DNA of 54,200 bases, the filler included, from Bipalium vagum (lineage: Eukaryota): the NCBI GenBank assembly GCA_037834085.1. It is 3 parts of 3 records of this genome, joined end to end, with 100 filler letters (N's around TTAATTAATTAA, not from the genome) between each part and the next. Parts side by side here need not be neighbours in the genome. Positions count along the whole stretch, not along the records: positions 1 to 15,914 come from JBBMKC010138931.1; 2 more parts are not named here. One strand, written 5' to 3'. The notes beneath the pieces were generated by a model. It saw only the letters and a program-made list of their open reading frames with translations, was not told the DNA's origin and did no database searches. This document shows, piece by piece, positions 1-12,699 of this stretch; position 1 is the stretch's first letter, and every line of letters starts with the position of its first letter. A program made the position numbers and the translations under genes.

Positions 1-329
1 AATCGTATGCTTGTATCTGACGCCATATCTACAAAATTCAAATAAATGGATTAATTATGATTATAGATTATGAAAGATCATAGATTAATTTATAAGAAAA
101 TATTATTATTAAACTGATAAATTACATCGTTTGATTTATTTTGAATTATTGTGCATTGCTTATTGACCGAACCTTGTACATATTTTAATGAAAAATGTCA
201 GTATTGGTAACTTGATTAAGTCTCTAATGAGACATGTAATGTTACTATTCTTCAGAAAAATGAAAAATAATATTTAGAATAAAGGAATTAAAGGACACGA
301 GACAGTTAGAATATTCATTACGTTATGTA

Positions 330-700
330 ATTTCGTTTTTCATTGAAAACTTTAAAAATGACAAAGAACGTGTCTATTAATTAAATACTAAGTACCATTG
401 TTTTCTACCATATCAATAAATTTACAAACAAATTTCATGAAGTCATTTTTATAATAAAGTATTTTCAACCTTCATTCTCTCCTACTGAATGCAAAATACA
501 TTTTCTATTATTCTGTCACCAGGTTGCAGCAATTCAAAATACATTTAGCGACCATCAAGTTCTTAATGATGTGGTAATTGTGAATTTTTGGCAATCTGAA
601 ACCCATTGGTTTTGGAGTTGTTGTACATAGTCCATTGCTCTATCACATTTTGTTATGCCATAAATGTCAACGTCTCGCATCTGTCTTGTCTAAGAAATAA
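330..700 (-). mobile_element. Decayed mariner transposase fragment (approximate bounds)
   Basis: Minus strand gives remnants of the CDEKW-type segment and YFELLQPGDRII; frameshifted. Confidence 0.55.
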
Positions 701-805
701 ACCAGTATTTATACAAATACGGATTTCTTTATTGTTGACTTGGATTTTGATGGTCAGGTGGTCGGTACGTGACTGTTTTTGTTATTTTTAAATGATTTAA
801 TGATC

Positions 806-879
806 TAATAGTCTAATAGCCGGTTCTTTTTTTCTTAAGGAACACACTTACCAAAAAAGAACCGACCATTAGACTATTA
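806..879. repeat. ~27-bp inverted repeat (foldback hairpin)
   Basis: TAATAGTCTAATAGCCGGTTCTTTTTT ... AAAAAAGAACCGACCATTAGACTATTA, 2 mismatches, ~20-nt spacer. Confidence 0.85.
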
Positions 880-1499
880 TAATTAATTATAATTATAAAA
901 AATCCAAACCCAAAAATAGACTAACCATAACCAAAAAGAACCTAATGGTCTAATTTTAAATTTTTACCTTTTATATTAAATTTTTTCCATTTGAGTCACA
1001 CTTAAAATCAAAATTGTTAGTTTTTTTTGAGTCTCCACAAAATTAATAGCATCTGGTTAGATTTGGTTTATTCATTTTGCAGTCCGTATTGTTGTTTTAG
1101 CATGACAATAACAGTAACTCGTATATTTTCTTATTTAATCTTCATTTGAGATTTTATTTGTCGTTTCTACAAATTTAATGGGTATTCATCAAATGATTAA
1201 AAATATTTAAGCACTAAACTTACTCCATAAATCATAAAAAACAAAATGTTTTGATATATTTGAACATTTTATTAATTGGTTGGACGACATTACTCTTTTT
1301 TTCAACCTCATAAATAAAGATTATATTTGGCCGACGAAATAATTTCCATGTTTAGAATTTATAGAGATCCTCATATCAACAATGATGGTGTGGATCTTTC
1401 GATGTGCACGATACAAAAGAGAAAATTAGCGAAGAGAATTTCTTTTCCGGTAGAAAAGAAAATTATCAATTAGAAGAGTTATCGAATTAATGTTTTATT

Positions 1500-1800
1500 G
1501 ACTGACCAATTTTTCAGGGATAAGAGCTGTCGAACTATCAAGTAAAAACTGGAAAATTGTCAATGTTCCGAATCAGCGGTGTGGTCATAACCCCATCGTT
1601 GAAATAGACAAAACTCTGATTTTCAATCAGATAATTCACATAAGTCGTATGTTGAACCAATATTTTGTGTTTGGAAATCCAGACAAGAAAGAGTTCCTTG
1701 TAACATCGATATTGAGCATCGTGATAGAGAAACATTGCCTCCCATATTACAGAAATGGATTTTACTCGAATTGATAATCCATGGGACAAATGACAAGATT
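1500..1800 (-). mobile_element. Decayed Tc1-like transposase catalytic fragment
   Basis: Minus strand resembles VMVWGAISYH...FQQDNARPHTA (SVIWEAMFLYHD; FQRWGYDHTA), degenerate. Confidence 0.5.
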
Positions 1801-2525
1801 AATTTTATTAATTATTTTTAAATTGTACAATTAGGCACACTTTGATATGTTCACAAAACCTATCAAAGACCTCTAATAATTCTGGTCAATTATCAATCGT
1901 GACCTGAGAAGAAAAGACACAAACGGTTATTCCTTGGTCTCATTTTGACTAAGTCAACCACCTGGTCAAACTTTGAATTATTCTTGGAACATATTCATGA
2001 CAAAGATCCTATTTATTGGACGTTTCTATAAATAAAAATAGTTACCAATTAATTTTACTTAGTATTTCTGAGAATTATGGGGTTTCCTGTACTCGTATTC
2101 TGTCAATTTGTTTGAATATTTCAATTTCTCTCAAACACAAACCTAGAGAATTCAAATCTTTTGATTTTAAAAGTAATTATTTTTTAAATTTTGCTTTGTA
2201 TAAAATTTTTTTTAAATTTTCTATGAAAAAATCAAATTAAAATCACTGTTCAAAAAATTTCATCTTGTAATTAGAGAAAAATCATTCTTTTATCCTTTGT
2301 TGTGGGATTAGCATTTATAAAAGTTCATTGTTATACTCTGTGGATCTTTAGACGTTTGTGTACTATGCCAACATTCTGACAGATAAACGGATTTTCAACG
2401 AACAATGCAGAGATGATTATGTATCTCATTTTCTATTGGTTCACCAACGTATCTTTTAATTGGCTGCTGACAAAGACCTTTGACATGATTAACTTAAAAT
2501 TTCTTTACCACTCTAATCTATTGAA

Positions 2526-2607
2526 ATGGGTCAGCGTGTTACAAGGATGGATTTCGAATGGTCCTATACAGAGGAGCCTCATGCAACAAGGAGAAAACAA
2601 ATTATTG
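2526..2607 (+). CDS. DEGS1: Sphingolipid delta-4 desaturase (DEGS/DES), exon 1 of 5
   Basis: ATG at 2526 reads [27 protein letters not shown], matching the DEGS N-terminal Lipid_DES motif (DFEWxYTxEPHxxRRK). Ends at a phase-1 donor G|GTAATT. Missed by the ORF track. Confidence 0.93.
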
Positions 2608-2899
2608 GTAATTATTGATAATAATTTTTTGATGTTACAGGCTTTTTTTCATTTTTTTTTAATTGAAAATTTATTAATTATAATTTTAATTTTATAATTA
2701 AAAAATTTACACATTTAATGTAATGGTATCATTCAAATTATTATTTACCACAACAATTTTATGGTTATTTTTCAAAGTATGAGCACATTTTTATGTTTAT
2801 TAAAATTGTTTTATTGGATGAGGAAAAGGTGTACGTACTTTATGAAAACAATGAAATTTCATATTATATTTAATTAAATGTTCATGTTTTATGGTAGGG

Positions 2900-3668
2900 T
2901 GTAGAAAAAGGCTTTCTCATATTGTGAAGTACGAATACAATTAAAACAAATGAATGAAAAAACCGGATCAATTTTCAAAAACGGGAAGTCCAGGATAAAA
3001 ATGTCAGACCACAAACTTAATTAAAATCCCGGTAAAAATCGAACTAGTTTGGCTTGGAATTAATAATGTATTTACCGCGCAGTCCTGATCTGCCAGTATT
3101 AGATTATCATTTATTTAGATATCTGCTGAACTCTCAGTGGGCTAAAATTGATTTCTATGCATTAATGAGGGGAATAATTTGTGCAGTTTTTTATTCTTCT
3201 TATTCTCCGAATCCTTCACCAATAGATTATTATCTGTTCAACCATGTTAGTTGAAAATTAATCGGAGATATCGGGATACGAACGAACAAAATTGTATTTT
3301 TTACAACAGATTTATACATACATGAACATAAGTCATCAGCTCATGGCCTTTCAGATACGAATGGGATGCTCTGACCACTAGACGACATCTCCCGATTAAT
3401 TTTCAATTTATCTTTAAAACCAAATTGATGCCTTTCTTATCAATACAATTTTTTCCATGACCAAGATGCCATTCAAAAAGACACGTCAATTTTTTGAATC
3501 AAGAAATCCGGAGTTTTTTCAAATTGAAATCGATAAATCATTAACTTATTTTCAACTGTGCTCTAACAGTAACGGAAAATATTTTAATTAATAAATTTTA
3601 TTTACCAGTTCTTTTATTACTGATATCACTTACAACTAAAACACGACATATCATACTGAACAACTTGG
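2900..3668 (+). mobile_element. Two tandem mariner C-terminal relics; the second is interrupted by a tRNA-derived insertion
   Basis: PRSPDLPVLDYHLFRYL, then YSPNPSPIDYYLFNH...IDAFL...FFESRNPEFF...NSNGKYFN, with a TIR-like end at ~3640-3668. Confidence 0.75.
3246..3407 (-). mobile_element. tRNA-Ala-derived element, copy 1 (inverted flanks, putative TSD, ~57-nt internal insert)
   Basis: Aligns with 34011-34082 (cggagatatcgggatacgaac / ggcctttcagatacgaatgggatgctctgaccactagacgacatctccc). TTGAAAATTAATCGG(G)AGAT inverted repeat. Direct repeats at 3230-3245 and 3408-3423. Confidence 0.75.
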
Positions 3669-5534
3669 TACATGACACAATTTTGGTTGTTTATAATAAT
3701 AATAATGATAATAGACAATTTCAAGTACTGATTCATTGTTATATTATGTTATACTATTTTGTGAAATATATAAAATAAAATAGTCTTACTGACATCCTAC
3801 TCAGTTTTACTATAGATTTTCAGAAATCAATACGGATAAGATTATATTGTGCAAATATTTATTTTTAAAAATCCGTTAATAATGTCAAATCGAAAAACTG
3901 AGGTCTGTGACAAGTTTACCATTTATAATTAAATACTTACCATAATATTTTCCGCAAGTTTTGAGAGTTAATTTAAAATCGATTTTTCTCTTTAATCCAT
4001 AAAAAATACATGACAACTGACATATCAAGATGCATTAATAAGGAAGCCAATAACGACAAATAAAGTTTTTATTGTAATTTTTTCACAATGTGTGTTTATA
4101 AATTCAAAATTGATTAATTAAATTTCCTTAGTTTTATTTCATTAATTGGGGCTTTAGGGAAATTTCCATTCCAATAATAACATCGAACTAAATCAACTTT
4201 TAAATATCGATTCATATCCAAATTTAAAATATATTTCATCAGTTGTAACTTTTTTAAACAAAACCTATTTTTATGTCATTTCTAATAGTATCCAAAGATT
4301 TAAATAAAATATATTTTCATTGACAAAAATTGACAGACAATTTATTTATTTATTCGGTTTCGATACAACCGATATTTAGAAATTATTAAGAAAAATTTTA
4401 ATAAGTAAAATGTCTAAAGAAGAAGTCTTAAAATGAAATGATGCATTGCACTAATTATTTATAGGATAATATTTTTAATCTAATCAAAGATATTCTTGAA
4501 AGCGAAATGAAAGAACTTTTTCCTCCTCTACACAAAGAATTATTTTTCCAATTAATTATAATTTTAATTTAGAAATTATTTTTCACCTTTTCTTAATTGA
4601 TCTCCAAATTGACCAATTAAACAAACAAGTTAAATTTTAATTAATTCCTACAAAACTATAACTATTAACTGAACGTTCTTCATATAATTTATTTATTAAC
4701 ATCTTTCATATGACCCGATTTGGTTCACATAAAATGTTCATATAAATTTCACAGAAATGCCAAAACGTTTTCCGTCAAAAGAAACGAGTTGCATTTTCAG
4801 TGAAGAAGGACGGTGTAAACTAAGTCTTGAGTAACCAACCTATTTATCGAATGCCGCTGAATTTAGAGAATAGTTTGGCAACATGAGGTTTGGATCCTGA
4901 AATGTGAGAACATAATAATTTTTTTTAATTAATTAATTAATTTCTGATTAAAACTATCCTCAACTTTTTATTAACTTTTAAGTAACATTCCATGTTCCTA
5001 CATTAATCTATAGTAGAAATTTATGAAGTGAAGAGGCCATAGTATTGGGAATACTGAAAAACAATCATACTTGATAGGTAATAACTTCTTTCAATAGATA
5101 AAAATATACAGTGGAGAAACATAATATTTGATATATTCCCGGTCCTGATGAGCATTTATTATTAATTGATTTATAAATTAAGAAAAATCAATTAACATTA
5201 ACAATGGAAATATTCAATAAATTCAATCACCATTATGTTGTTATTTTTCTAAAAACTATTTGAGATTCACAACATTTTAATATATTTTTAATTAAAATTG
5301 TTTTACTAATAGATAATTGGTTAAAATGATCTTCAATTAATCAGAGGATACACTAAAATTCATTGATTTTCACATTCTCTATGTAAAGATTTTTTTCCTT
5401 TAATTTAATATAAATATTATCAACTTAATGGGAAAATGTTTTTGAAAAAATATTTTTAATTTATTTATTTATTCAATTTATTTTTGATAAAAATTTTATG
5501 CAATTAAAAATTTTAATTATTTTCATAATTGCAG

Positions 5535-5801
5535 CAAAGTATCCTGCAGTTAAAAGTCTGATGGGTTATGACCCGAATCTTAAATGGATCATGATGTTTT
5601 GGTTTATTTTACAACTAATAACAAGTATATTATTCCAGAACTTTTCTTGGAAAATTCTTTTGTTTTTGGCATATGCTGTTGGTGGTGTCATCAATCATAT
5701 CCTGACTCTGGGTATCCATGAAATATCTCACAATCTTGCATTTGGTCACTCTAGACCGCTGGCAAACAGATTTTTAGGAATATTTTTTAACTTGCCTCTA
5801 G
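5535..5801 (+). CDS. DEGS1: DEGS exon 2 of 5
   Basis: Acceptor ttgcag|, reads (A)KYPAVKSLMGYDP...HEISHNLAFG...NLPL(G) with His box 1 (HEISH). Donor G|GTAGG. Confidence 0.95.
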
Positions 5802-5874
5802 GTAGGAGATTTTTATTTATTTTAAAAATTAATTTTGTCTCTCTCAATGTTGAATATCTGACAAAGTCCTTTAA

Positions 5875-6075
5875 TCCCTACAGACCCCATTTGTAGAATT
5901 ATATCCATAATGTTTTATGTCTTATTCCACTGTTACTTGAAATAATTTATTCTATCACCATCTGTGTACAGATCAAAATTTAATCAATATGTTTATTTTC
6001 TTATAATGTCATTCTTACCAATAATTAGTAAAATAATATTTTTTATCAGTTATCAATAATTCAGGTCTGAAGGGG
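5875..6075. mobile_element. piggyBac-type MITE (201 bp) in DEGS intron 2
   Basis: TTAA on both sides (5871-5874, 6076-6079). Termini TCCCTACAGACC ... GGTCTGAAGGGG are inverted (10/12). Confidence 0.7.
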
Positions 6076-6555
6076 TTAAATATTATTATTAATTAAATAT
6101 CAAATTGATAATTGATTATTTCCGTTGAAGAGTTCTATTTTTTCACAATAGCACATCTCTGTGAAAAAAACTGTCAAAGTTTCTTAAGTCCGCCTGATAA
6201 GAAGTTTACAGATAAGCCCAGACGTTTAAAGTCTTCAACTTGAAATTAAACTTTAAGCAAGGTCATTATGATCATCATACCGTGACTGTAATAATTAGAG
6301 TTTGGAAAACGTGAAACTTAGAAACTAGCTTGAAATGGATTTTGCTGGAGATTATTTATTTTATTTCTTATCATTTTCTGGTGGCTAATTGGCTATTAAG
6401 CGTGATGAACGTCAATACAGAAGTCTAATTGTGAAAACATTTAATAATTAAGTATTAATTATGACGAAAATCCTTATGTGCTATGTTATAATTGCATTAA
6501 TTTTTAAAGTCAAAAACTTTGAAATTGTTATTTTTTAGATAATTATAATTTTATC

Positions 6556-6557
<2 letters not shown>

Positions 6558-6618
<61 letters not shown>
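6558..6618. repeat. (TTA)n microsatellite
   Basis: About 20 perfect trinucleotide units. Confidence 0.95.
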
Positions 6619-6623
6619 CATTA

Positions 6624-7747
6624 TTGGATTGGCAAGAAATTATAGCCGATTTTACGTAAATACATTTAACTTTATTTTAAATAAAATAATCATTGTTTAA
6701 ATAATATCTAAAGATAATCGATGGATTCAAATTTCAATCAGTAAGTTAATTTCATAAATTTGTTTTTTCGTTTTTCAGCTTTAAATGGAAGATAGGTACA
6801 CGCATTTGATATATATTTTACTTCTCTATCATCAAAAAGAAAAAATACACTACAGGCTTGCAAAAAAGATGTGAGGTTTATGATGATGTATTAAAAGAAC
6901 GACAATATCGGGATCGGTTAGAGATATTAATAAGGGTAATTTTAAATTAAAGATAAGTAACGATCTGATCGTCTACTCAATGACGAGGAAATCAAAAACT
7001 TAATCAGTAAGGATCACCAAAAAATAACCTGTGGCATTGCATTGATCAGAGATATCAAAACAGATATTAAGTATATAGACAGCATGAAAAAAAAAGGGAA
7101 AGTCACATTAAACAACATTTTGAAATCTGAGATTTTTTATGAAACGCAACAAATATCCCCTTCTTTCAACAATTGGTAAAGGAAGATGAAAAATGGATTT
7201 TCTACAATATTGCTAATCGGAAAATATGATGCAAGAAAACATCATGTCTGAGAAAAGCAGACATTATCCAAAGCTGATAATCATAAAAATAATTTTTCTA
7301 GGCTTTTGGTTGCTTTTTCAAGTAATTACTTACTTTGGAATTTTGTCAAGCAGGCAAAGGATTACTTCTGATATTTAAATTAATCAGTTGACAAAACTGA
7401 ACATGAAAATCAAAGTGAAACTGCAAATTGCCAACTCGTAAGGACATTGTTTTTGATGTTTTTCACCATCCATCATAAAAAACCCAGACCTCGATCTTTG
7501 TGATCATTTGTTGTACTGTGCGCAAGATCTCTGGAATGGTAAGAATTTTACTAATGATAATTTCAAATCCGATTTGCTGCAGTTTTTTGTAGATAAACTC
7601 AAGAGGTTTTATGTACAAGAAATTGTTACGCCTCCTGGAAGATGGCAAAGTTCCTGGATAACGATGAAAAATTAATAATTTCACAAATATATATATCATT
7701 TCTTGTGTTTCTTCAAAAACTCCTTCATTGCTTTCTTTTCAACTCAA
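6624..7747 (+). mobile_element. Decayed near-full-length mariner (mellifera-like)
   Basis: TA-flanked degenerate TIRs (TTGGATTGGCAAGAAAT / TTTCTTTTCAACTCAA). Remnants of the HTH, EDEKWIFYNI and the C-terminal LLRLLEDGKV/PGRWQ region; many stops. Confidence 0.75.
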
Positions 7748-7881
7748 TATTATCATGGTGTGAATGGATCGATTTAAAAATGTTTATAATCGAAATTGAC
7801 TATTTAATTGAATAAACAAATTAATAAATCTATAAAATGATAATAATAATAATAAAAGTATTATTATACCTTCGTTTTCAG

Positions 7882-8090
7882 GTATACCTTATTCAGTATC
7901 ATTTAAAAAATATCACATGCTTCATCATCGATATCAAGGAGATGTGGATCTAGACATGGATCTTCCATCTAAATTGGAAGGGAAATTGTTTGCTAACAAA
8001 TACACCAAAATGATATGGCTCATTTTACAGCCATTTTTTTACGTTTTCCGACCACTAATTCTCAAACCATTGCCATTGACATTTCTCGAG
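7882..8090 (+). CDS. DEGS1: DEGS exon 3 of 5
   Basis: Acceptor ttttcag|, reads (G)IPYSVSFKKYHMLHHRYQG...LTFLE with His box 2 (HMLHH). Donor GAG|GTTAAT. Confidence 0.95.
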
Positions 8091-8639
8091 GTTAATTATC
8101 ATTGTGATGTTATTATTCTTTTATTATATATTTTTAGATCTATACGTTAAGGTACCTATTTCGTAATATAAATCAAAAATATAAAAAAATAATAATATTA
8201 TATACAAATAATATAAACTATTAAAATATTAATTTTTGTCATTTTAAATATTAATTTATATTTTTTTAAAAAAAATATACAATTTCACCGATTAAGAGAG
8301 ACTGAAAAATTGTTGAACCATTATTACGGAATCCCAGTAGGGTTCACTTTTACATAAAGTAACTGAACTTATAATTTGATTTATTATTATTATTTTAAAT
8401 GTAATCTCCAAATCTTTCGATCGGCGAGTGCACTTACGTCATTGTGCATATAAAAATAGATTGCTGCACATAATTATTGAATCTGAACTTTATTTGATAA
8501 TTAATAAAAAAATTACGGACAAATAATAAGTTCAAATATTGGAAGGAAATTAATTATAATTAATAATAATTAATTAGAAGTCCAATTAATAATTCTTTTT
8601 ACCCTAGATTAAATTTTCTGTAACAACGTTGAGATGCTT

Positions 8640-9165
8640 TGATATGTCGTGGTGTACTTTGAGGTATTATTTGAGATACGAAGGTTTGTTATTAAAGAAA
8701 GAATTTTTATATCGAAACGAAGCAAAAATCAATTCAATAAAAACTTGTTTGTGACAACAAAAAAAAAGGTCATTCCATGGCAACAACAAAGCGATATTTT
8801 ATAGGTTTCCAGGTGGTAAATATCTTTACTAGACGTTGAGCATCTGCAAGTTCATTGTAAATCAATGAAAACAATGTAGAAATGATCTTTGATTAATTAA
8901 AATCTGTATTCTCATGTTGCGCTTTAATGTCTGCAATGGTTGGAAAAATAAATATTGGAATTATACCATGGCCTTCATATTCTCTCAATGTCAGTCTTAT
9001 AAAAAAATTATTGGGAGTATTAGTTCGTCGGGTTTTTCAAACAGGGAAACAATTCCAATCGTGTTGAAAGAGGCAGTTATTCGCATCATATAAAGCCTCA
9101 TAAGTTCAATGGCAGCTCGAACTTACGCACTTCGTTATAATCGTGGAGTGACTATTAAAACCTAG
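8640..9165 (+). mobile_element. Decayed Tc1/Tc3-like transposase C-terminus
   Basis: IIPWPSYSLNVSLIKKLLGVLVRRVFQTGKQFQS...LISSMAAR matches WPxxSPDLNPIENLWGILVRRVY. Confidence 0.7.
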
Positions 9166-9283
9166 CAAAAATCTATTAGGTGTAGAAAACCTCGATGTAT
9201 TGCCACTGGAAAATCAGTTACTTTATGGGCGGAAATCGAGGTGGTATTATTTCGAATACGATGTAACGAATAGCAACATTGCT

Positions 9284-9335
9284 ACCTTTCACATGCACAT
9301 GGACTGCTCTGACAGCTGAGATGGCTACATCTCCC
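9284..9335 (-). pseudogene. tRNA-Ala-derived element, copy 2 (5' portion only; T arm missing)
   Basis: acctttcacatgcacatggactgctct...gctgag...gctacatctccc is nearly identical to 34037-34083 over the anticodon and D region. Confidence 0.8.
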
Positions 9336-10350
9336 GACTAATAGCAACGTATTCACATTGCATCGGATTAACATTTGTTTGTTTTTGTTAAGAAAAAACA
9401 ATACTTTCTAAAGTACGGGACAATTTTTTTGATACATATTTTTCACCTTTTCCATCTTTTTAAAGTGAATTGTTTACTATTTCTTGGAAAATAGGGTTTA
9501 ATCAACATGAAATTGGTGTTCTATTTTCTTTCAAATGTTACAATTCATTTCAGAGAATATATTGAATTATTTCTGGGGGCAGGAATAAATTTTGGACAGA
9601 ATTTTTATTTTACTAAATATTGCTGAAAACAACCTAAAAGCTATTCCAGAAAACTGTTCCGTTTTTTGTAAATAGTCTTAGAAATTGCAAATTGTCAATT
9701 GCAGAAGTTTCAGGAACATTTAGAAACTAAAGAGAATTTTGGAAATCTGCTTTTTTGTAAGAATCATCACAGGAAACTTACATTGTCCTTTTATAACCCA
9801 GAATTGGTAGGTCGTAAGAATACGAGATAAAAAGAAAATAGACTCCTATGATAAACTGTGATTTCAAACCTAAGGTTGTAAAAAGGTTACAAACATGTAT
9901 TGGAGCCACCGCTGTCATCTTGTGTGATATCTGGACCCTAAAAGCTTTGATCAATGACCATTGTATTAACTGATTTCAGACTTCTGGTGATTGATATTTT
10001 AATTTATTTCAGACTTTTGATTGATAGTTCCGTTTAGAAAAAACCGTAACAATTTTTTTCGTGTACGTAAATTGATAAAAATCAATTAAGCCATTTTACA
10101 TCGCTGTGTACAATATTAATTGCATTTTTCAATCTTGTATTGTTCGTTTGGTCAGAACATATTTATATGAGCTTGGTTGAAGAGCACTTGTACGACCTAA
10201 AGGACTTTTTATACTGCAGAAAATATTCTGATCAATTGATTGTTGTTGTCTGATAGATTTATTTTTATTACACAATCCATGATAAATAATTTTTATTTAT
10301 TTATATTTTTAGTTTATTTTTTATTTCGGTAATTTAATATTATTTTTCAG

Positions 10351-10617
10351 TTCATAAATATCATTGTTCAATTGGTTTTCGATTTACTTGTCTGGAAATT
10401 TTTGGGCATCAGAACCTTACTCTATCTAACTTTCAGTACGTTTCTGTCGCTCGGTTTACATCCTATTGCTGGACACTTTATATCTGAACATTACATGTTC
10501 AAAAAAGGCTTTGAAACATATTCCTATTATGGAATTTTGAACAAAATTACATTTAATGTTGGCTATCACAATGAGCACCATGACTTCCCGTCAATTCCAG
10601 GTTCTCGGTTACCTCAG
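10351..10617 (+). CDS. DEGS1: DEGS exon 4 of 5
   Basis: Acceptor tttttcag|, reads [11 protein letters not shown]...[14 protein letters not shown]...[21 protein letters not shown] with His box 3 (HNEHH). Donor CAG|GTAAGC. Confidence 0.95.
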
Positions 10618-12286
10618 GTAAGCGTTGCTCAATTCAGAATACGATTATTAAAATGCTGCAATAATAATAATTATTATTATTGTTATTGTTATTCCTGTTC
10701 TTGTTAAATGCTCGATCAGGTAATCGAAAATGAACACTATAATCTAAGTTTCAATCTGACTCTTTCTACTAGTTGGTGTAATGAAAGAAATAATCAGTTC
10801 AAACAATAAAACTTTATTAATATCGAAATTCCCCTTCACAATTAAATAAAAGGTCAAATATCTGCAATCTTAATGGAAACAGAGCAAATGAGAATAAATC
10901 TAATTCTCAATAAAGTTAACAAAATTTATTTAATTAAACAAACTTTATTGATTCAAAATTATTTAAGGTTATCAAAGAGTGTTAATCACAAAAAAATAAA
11001 TAAACAATACTTTTACCAACTAATGAGATTCAACCAACCTCTGGGTCGTCACTAAGACACTTTTCGGTAACCAAAATACTATCAAATTCCACGTGTCGCT
11101 TGATTGTTCTCAAAACTCTTCTAAATAGTCTTCGCAAAAAATATTCATAAACAATAATCAATGTCTTCAAAAATGGTTAACATTTCTACGAACAATCAAT
11201 TTCGAAGGTCATTTTCTCATGTTTTAAGTCTTTTTATATTATTTTCTTCTCTGAGCGGAAGTCTACTACACAATATAATAGCTGTTACTCAGGAAATCTG
11301 AGCAGACAAAAAGATTTATCACATTCTGAAGAGTTTAATTATTCTAATTATTAATATTATTATTTCTTTATTAATAATATTATTATTATCTACTAAGTGA
11401 CCCTCTTGCGGAGATGTCTTTGGCGTACCCAACATTATTACAAGATATATTCACGCAATTATTTCGAATAACTTATATTTCTACCTCGTAAAATTATATA
11501 TTTATTATTTATTTTATATATTATACACCGAATATAGATTAACAAAATTTCAACACTATTTTTAACAGAAAATAAAAATTGTCTCAGAAATGATAAGACT
11601 AAAAAGTTTATAAAAAAGATTCTATTCAAACATCTAAATATATGTATTGGACGACGAGATGTAAAGGATTATCAAGAGAAATGAAGATTTCAATCTTTCT
11701 GCTCAGACATTTTTGTCATATAATTAAAACAAAATGTTAATTTAGATTATACTCACTCTTCGGTCTTTTATCAGCCTTGTTGCAGATAAATAAATGCTTG
11801 ATAAGTAACTCTTGCACATCGTCAAAATCAATTAAATAATTCTGTAGAAGATTTGTTAAAGTAACTAATGACATTTTAAACAAAATATATTAGGCTAAAC
11901 TTTTTATAATAAAAATAAACAAAATAAGGTTTCGCTGTCAAATTAATTGTTGCTTGGATCAACTTGCATGGTGGAATTTAGATTTTATCTTGTTAGGTCC
12001 ATAAAGCGATAACAGTGAAAAAACTCACCCTGGTACAACACTGATGGCTACTGCATAACATTTATCGACATTCGATGGATGTGTGTGATAATTCTTTTTT
12101 TTAATTTTTCAATTTATTTTCACTATTATATCACCTGAAACCCAGAATTAATGGGCATTTTCAATAAACTAATGCAAGTATTGTTAGATAGTTGCATTAA
12201 TTTTTACTGTTTGTCTTAATTAACTAATTTATTAAAAAATTCAGAGATAATTTAAATAAATTGGTAAGATCTGATAAGTATTAATA

Positions 12287-12606
12287 TTAGGTGTAGGCAT
12301 AAGTTTTAGCCCATTTTTTAAAAAAATTAAATCTTGTTAAAAAGGTAATATTGATTTAAATGCATGGGATGCATTTTTGCCTTGATCAAATTTAAATCTT
12401 ATTTAACACCGAACGTACAATTTTTCATCACTCATTTTGAAGACTGATATTTTTGTTTTTATAAAATAACTTAAGTAGAAAATTAATATATTTATAAAAT
12501 TTAATATATTGATTACCAATGTAAAATATCGCGGCAGTTATTTGATAATATTTGGATTAGTAAAACAACAATGAAAGAATGGTTTAAAACTTATGCCTAC
12601 ATCTAA
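12287..12606. mobile_element. Mariner-derived MITE (320 bp)
   Basis: TA TSDs; ~29-bp TIRs TTAGGTGTAGGCATAAGTTTTAGCCCATT / AATGGTTTAAAACTTATGCCTACATCTAA; no transposase ORF. Confidence 0.9.
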
Positions 12607-12699
12607 TATATAAATGGTAAATTATTGTATATTATTTAATTAAGTTGAGAACCGATTTAGTTAATATATTTATTTAATACTTGTATGACTTATTTAAAT

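Noticed and set aside
2413-2697. ORF-track 94-aa ORF
   Set aside because: Wrong frame over the real DEGS exon 1 (2526-2607).
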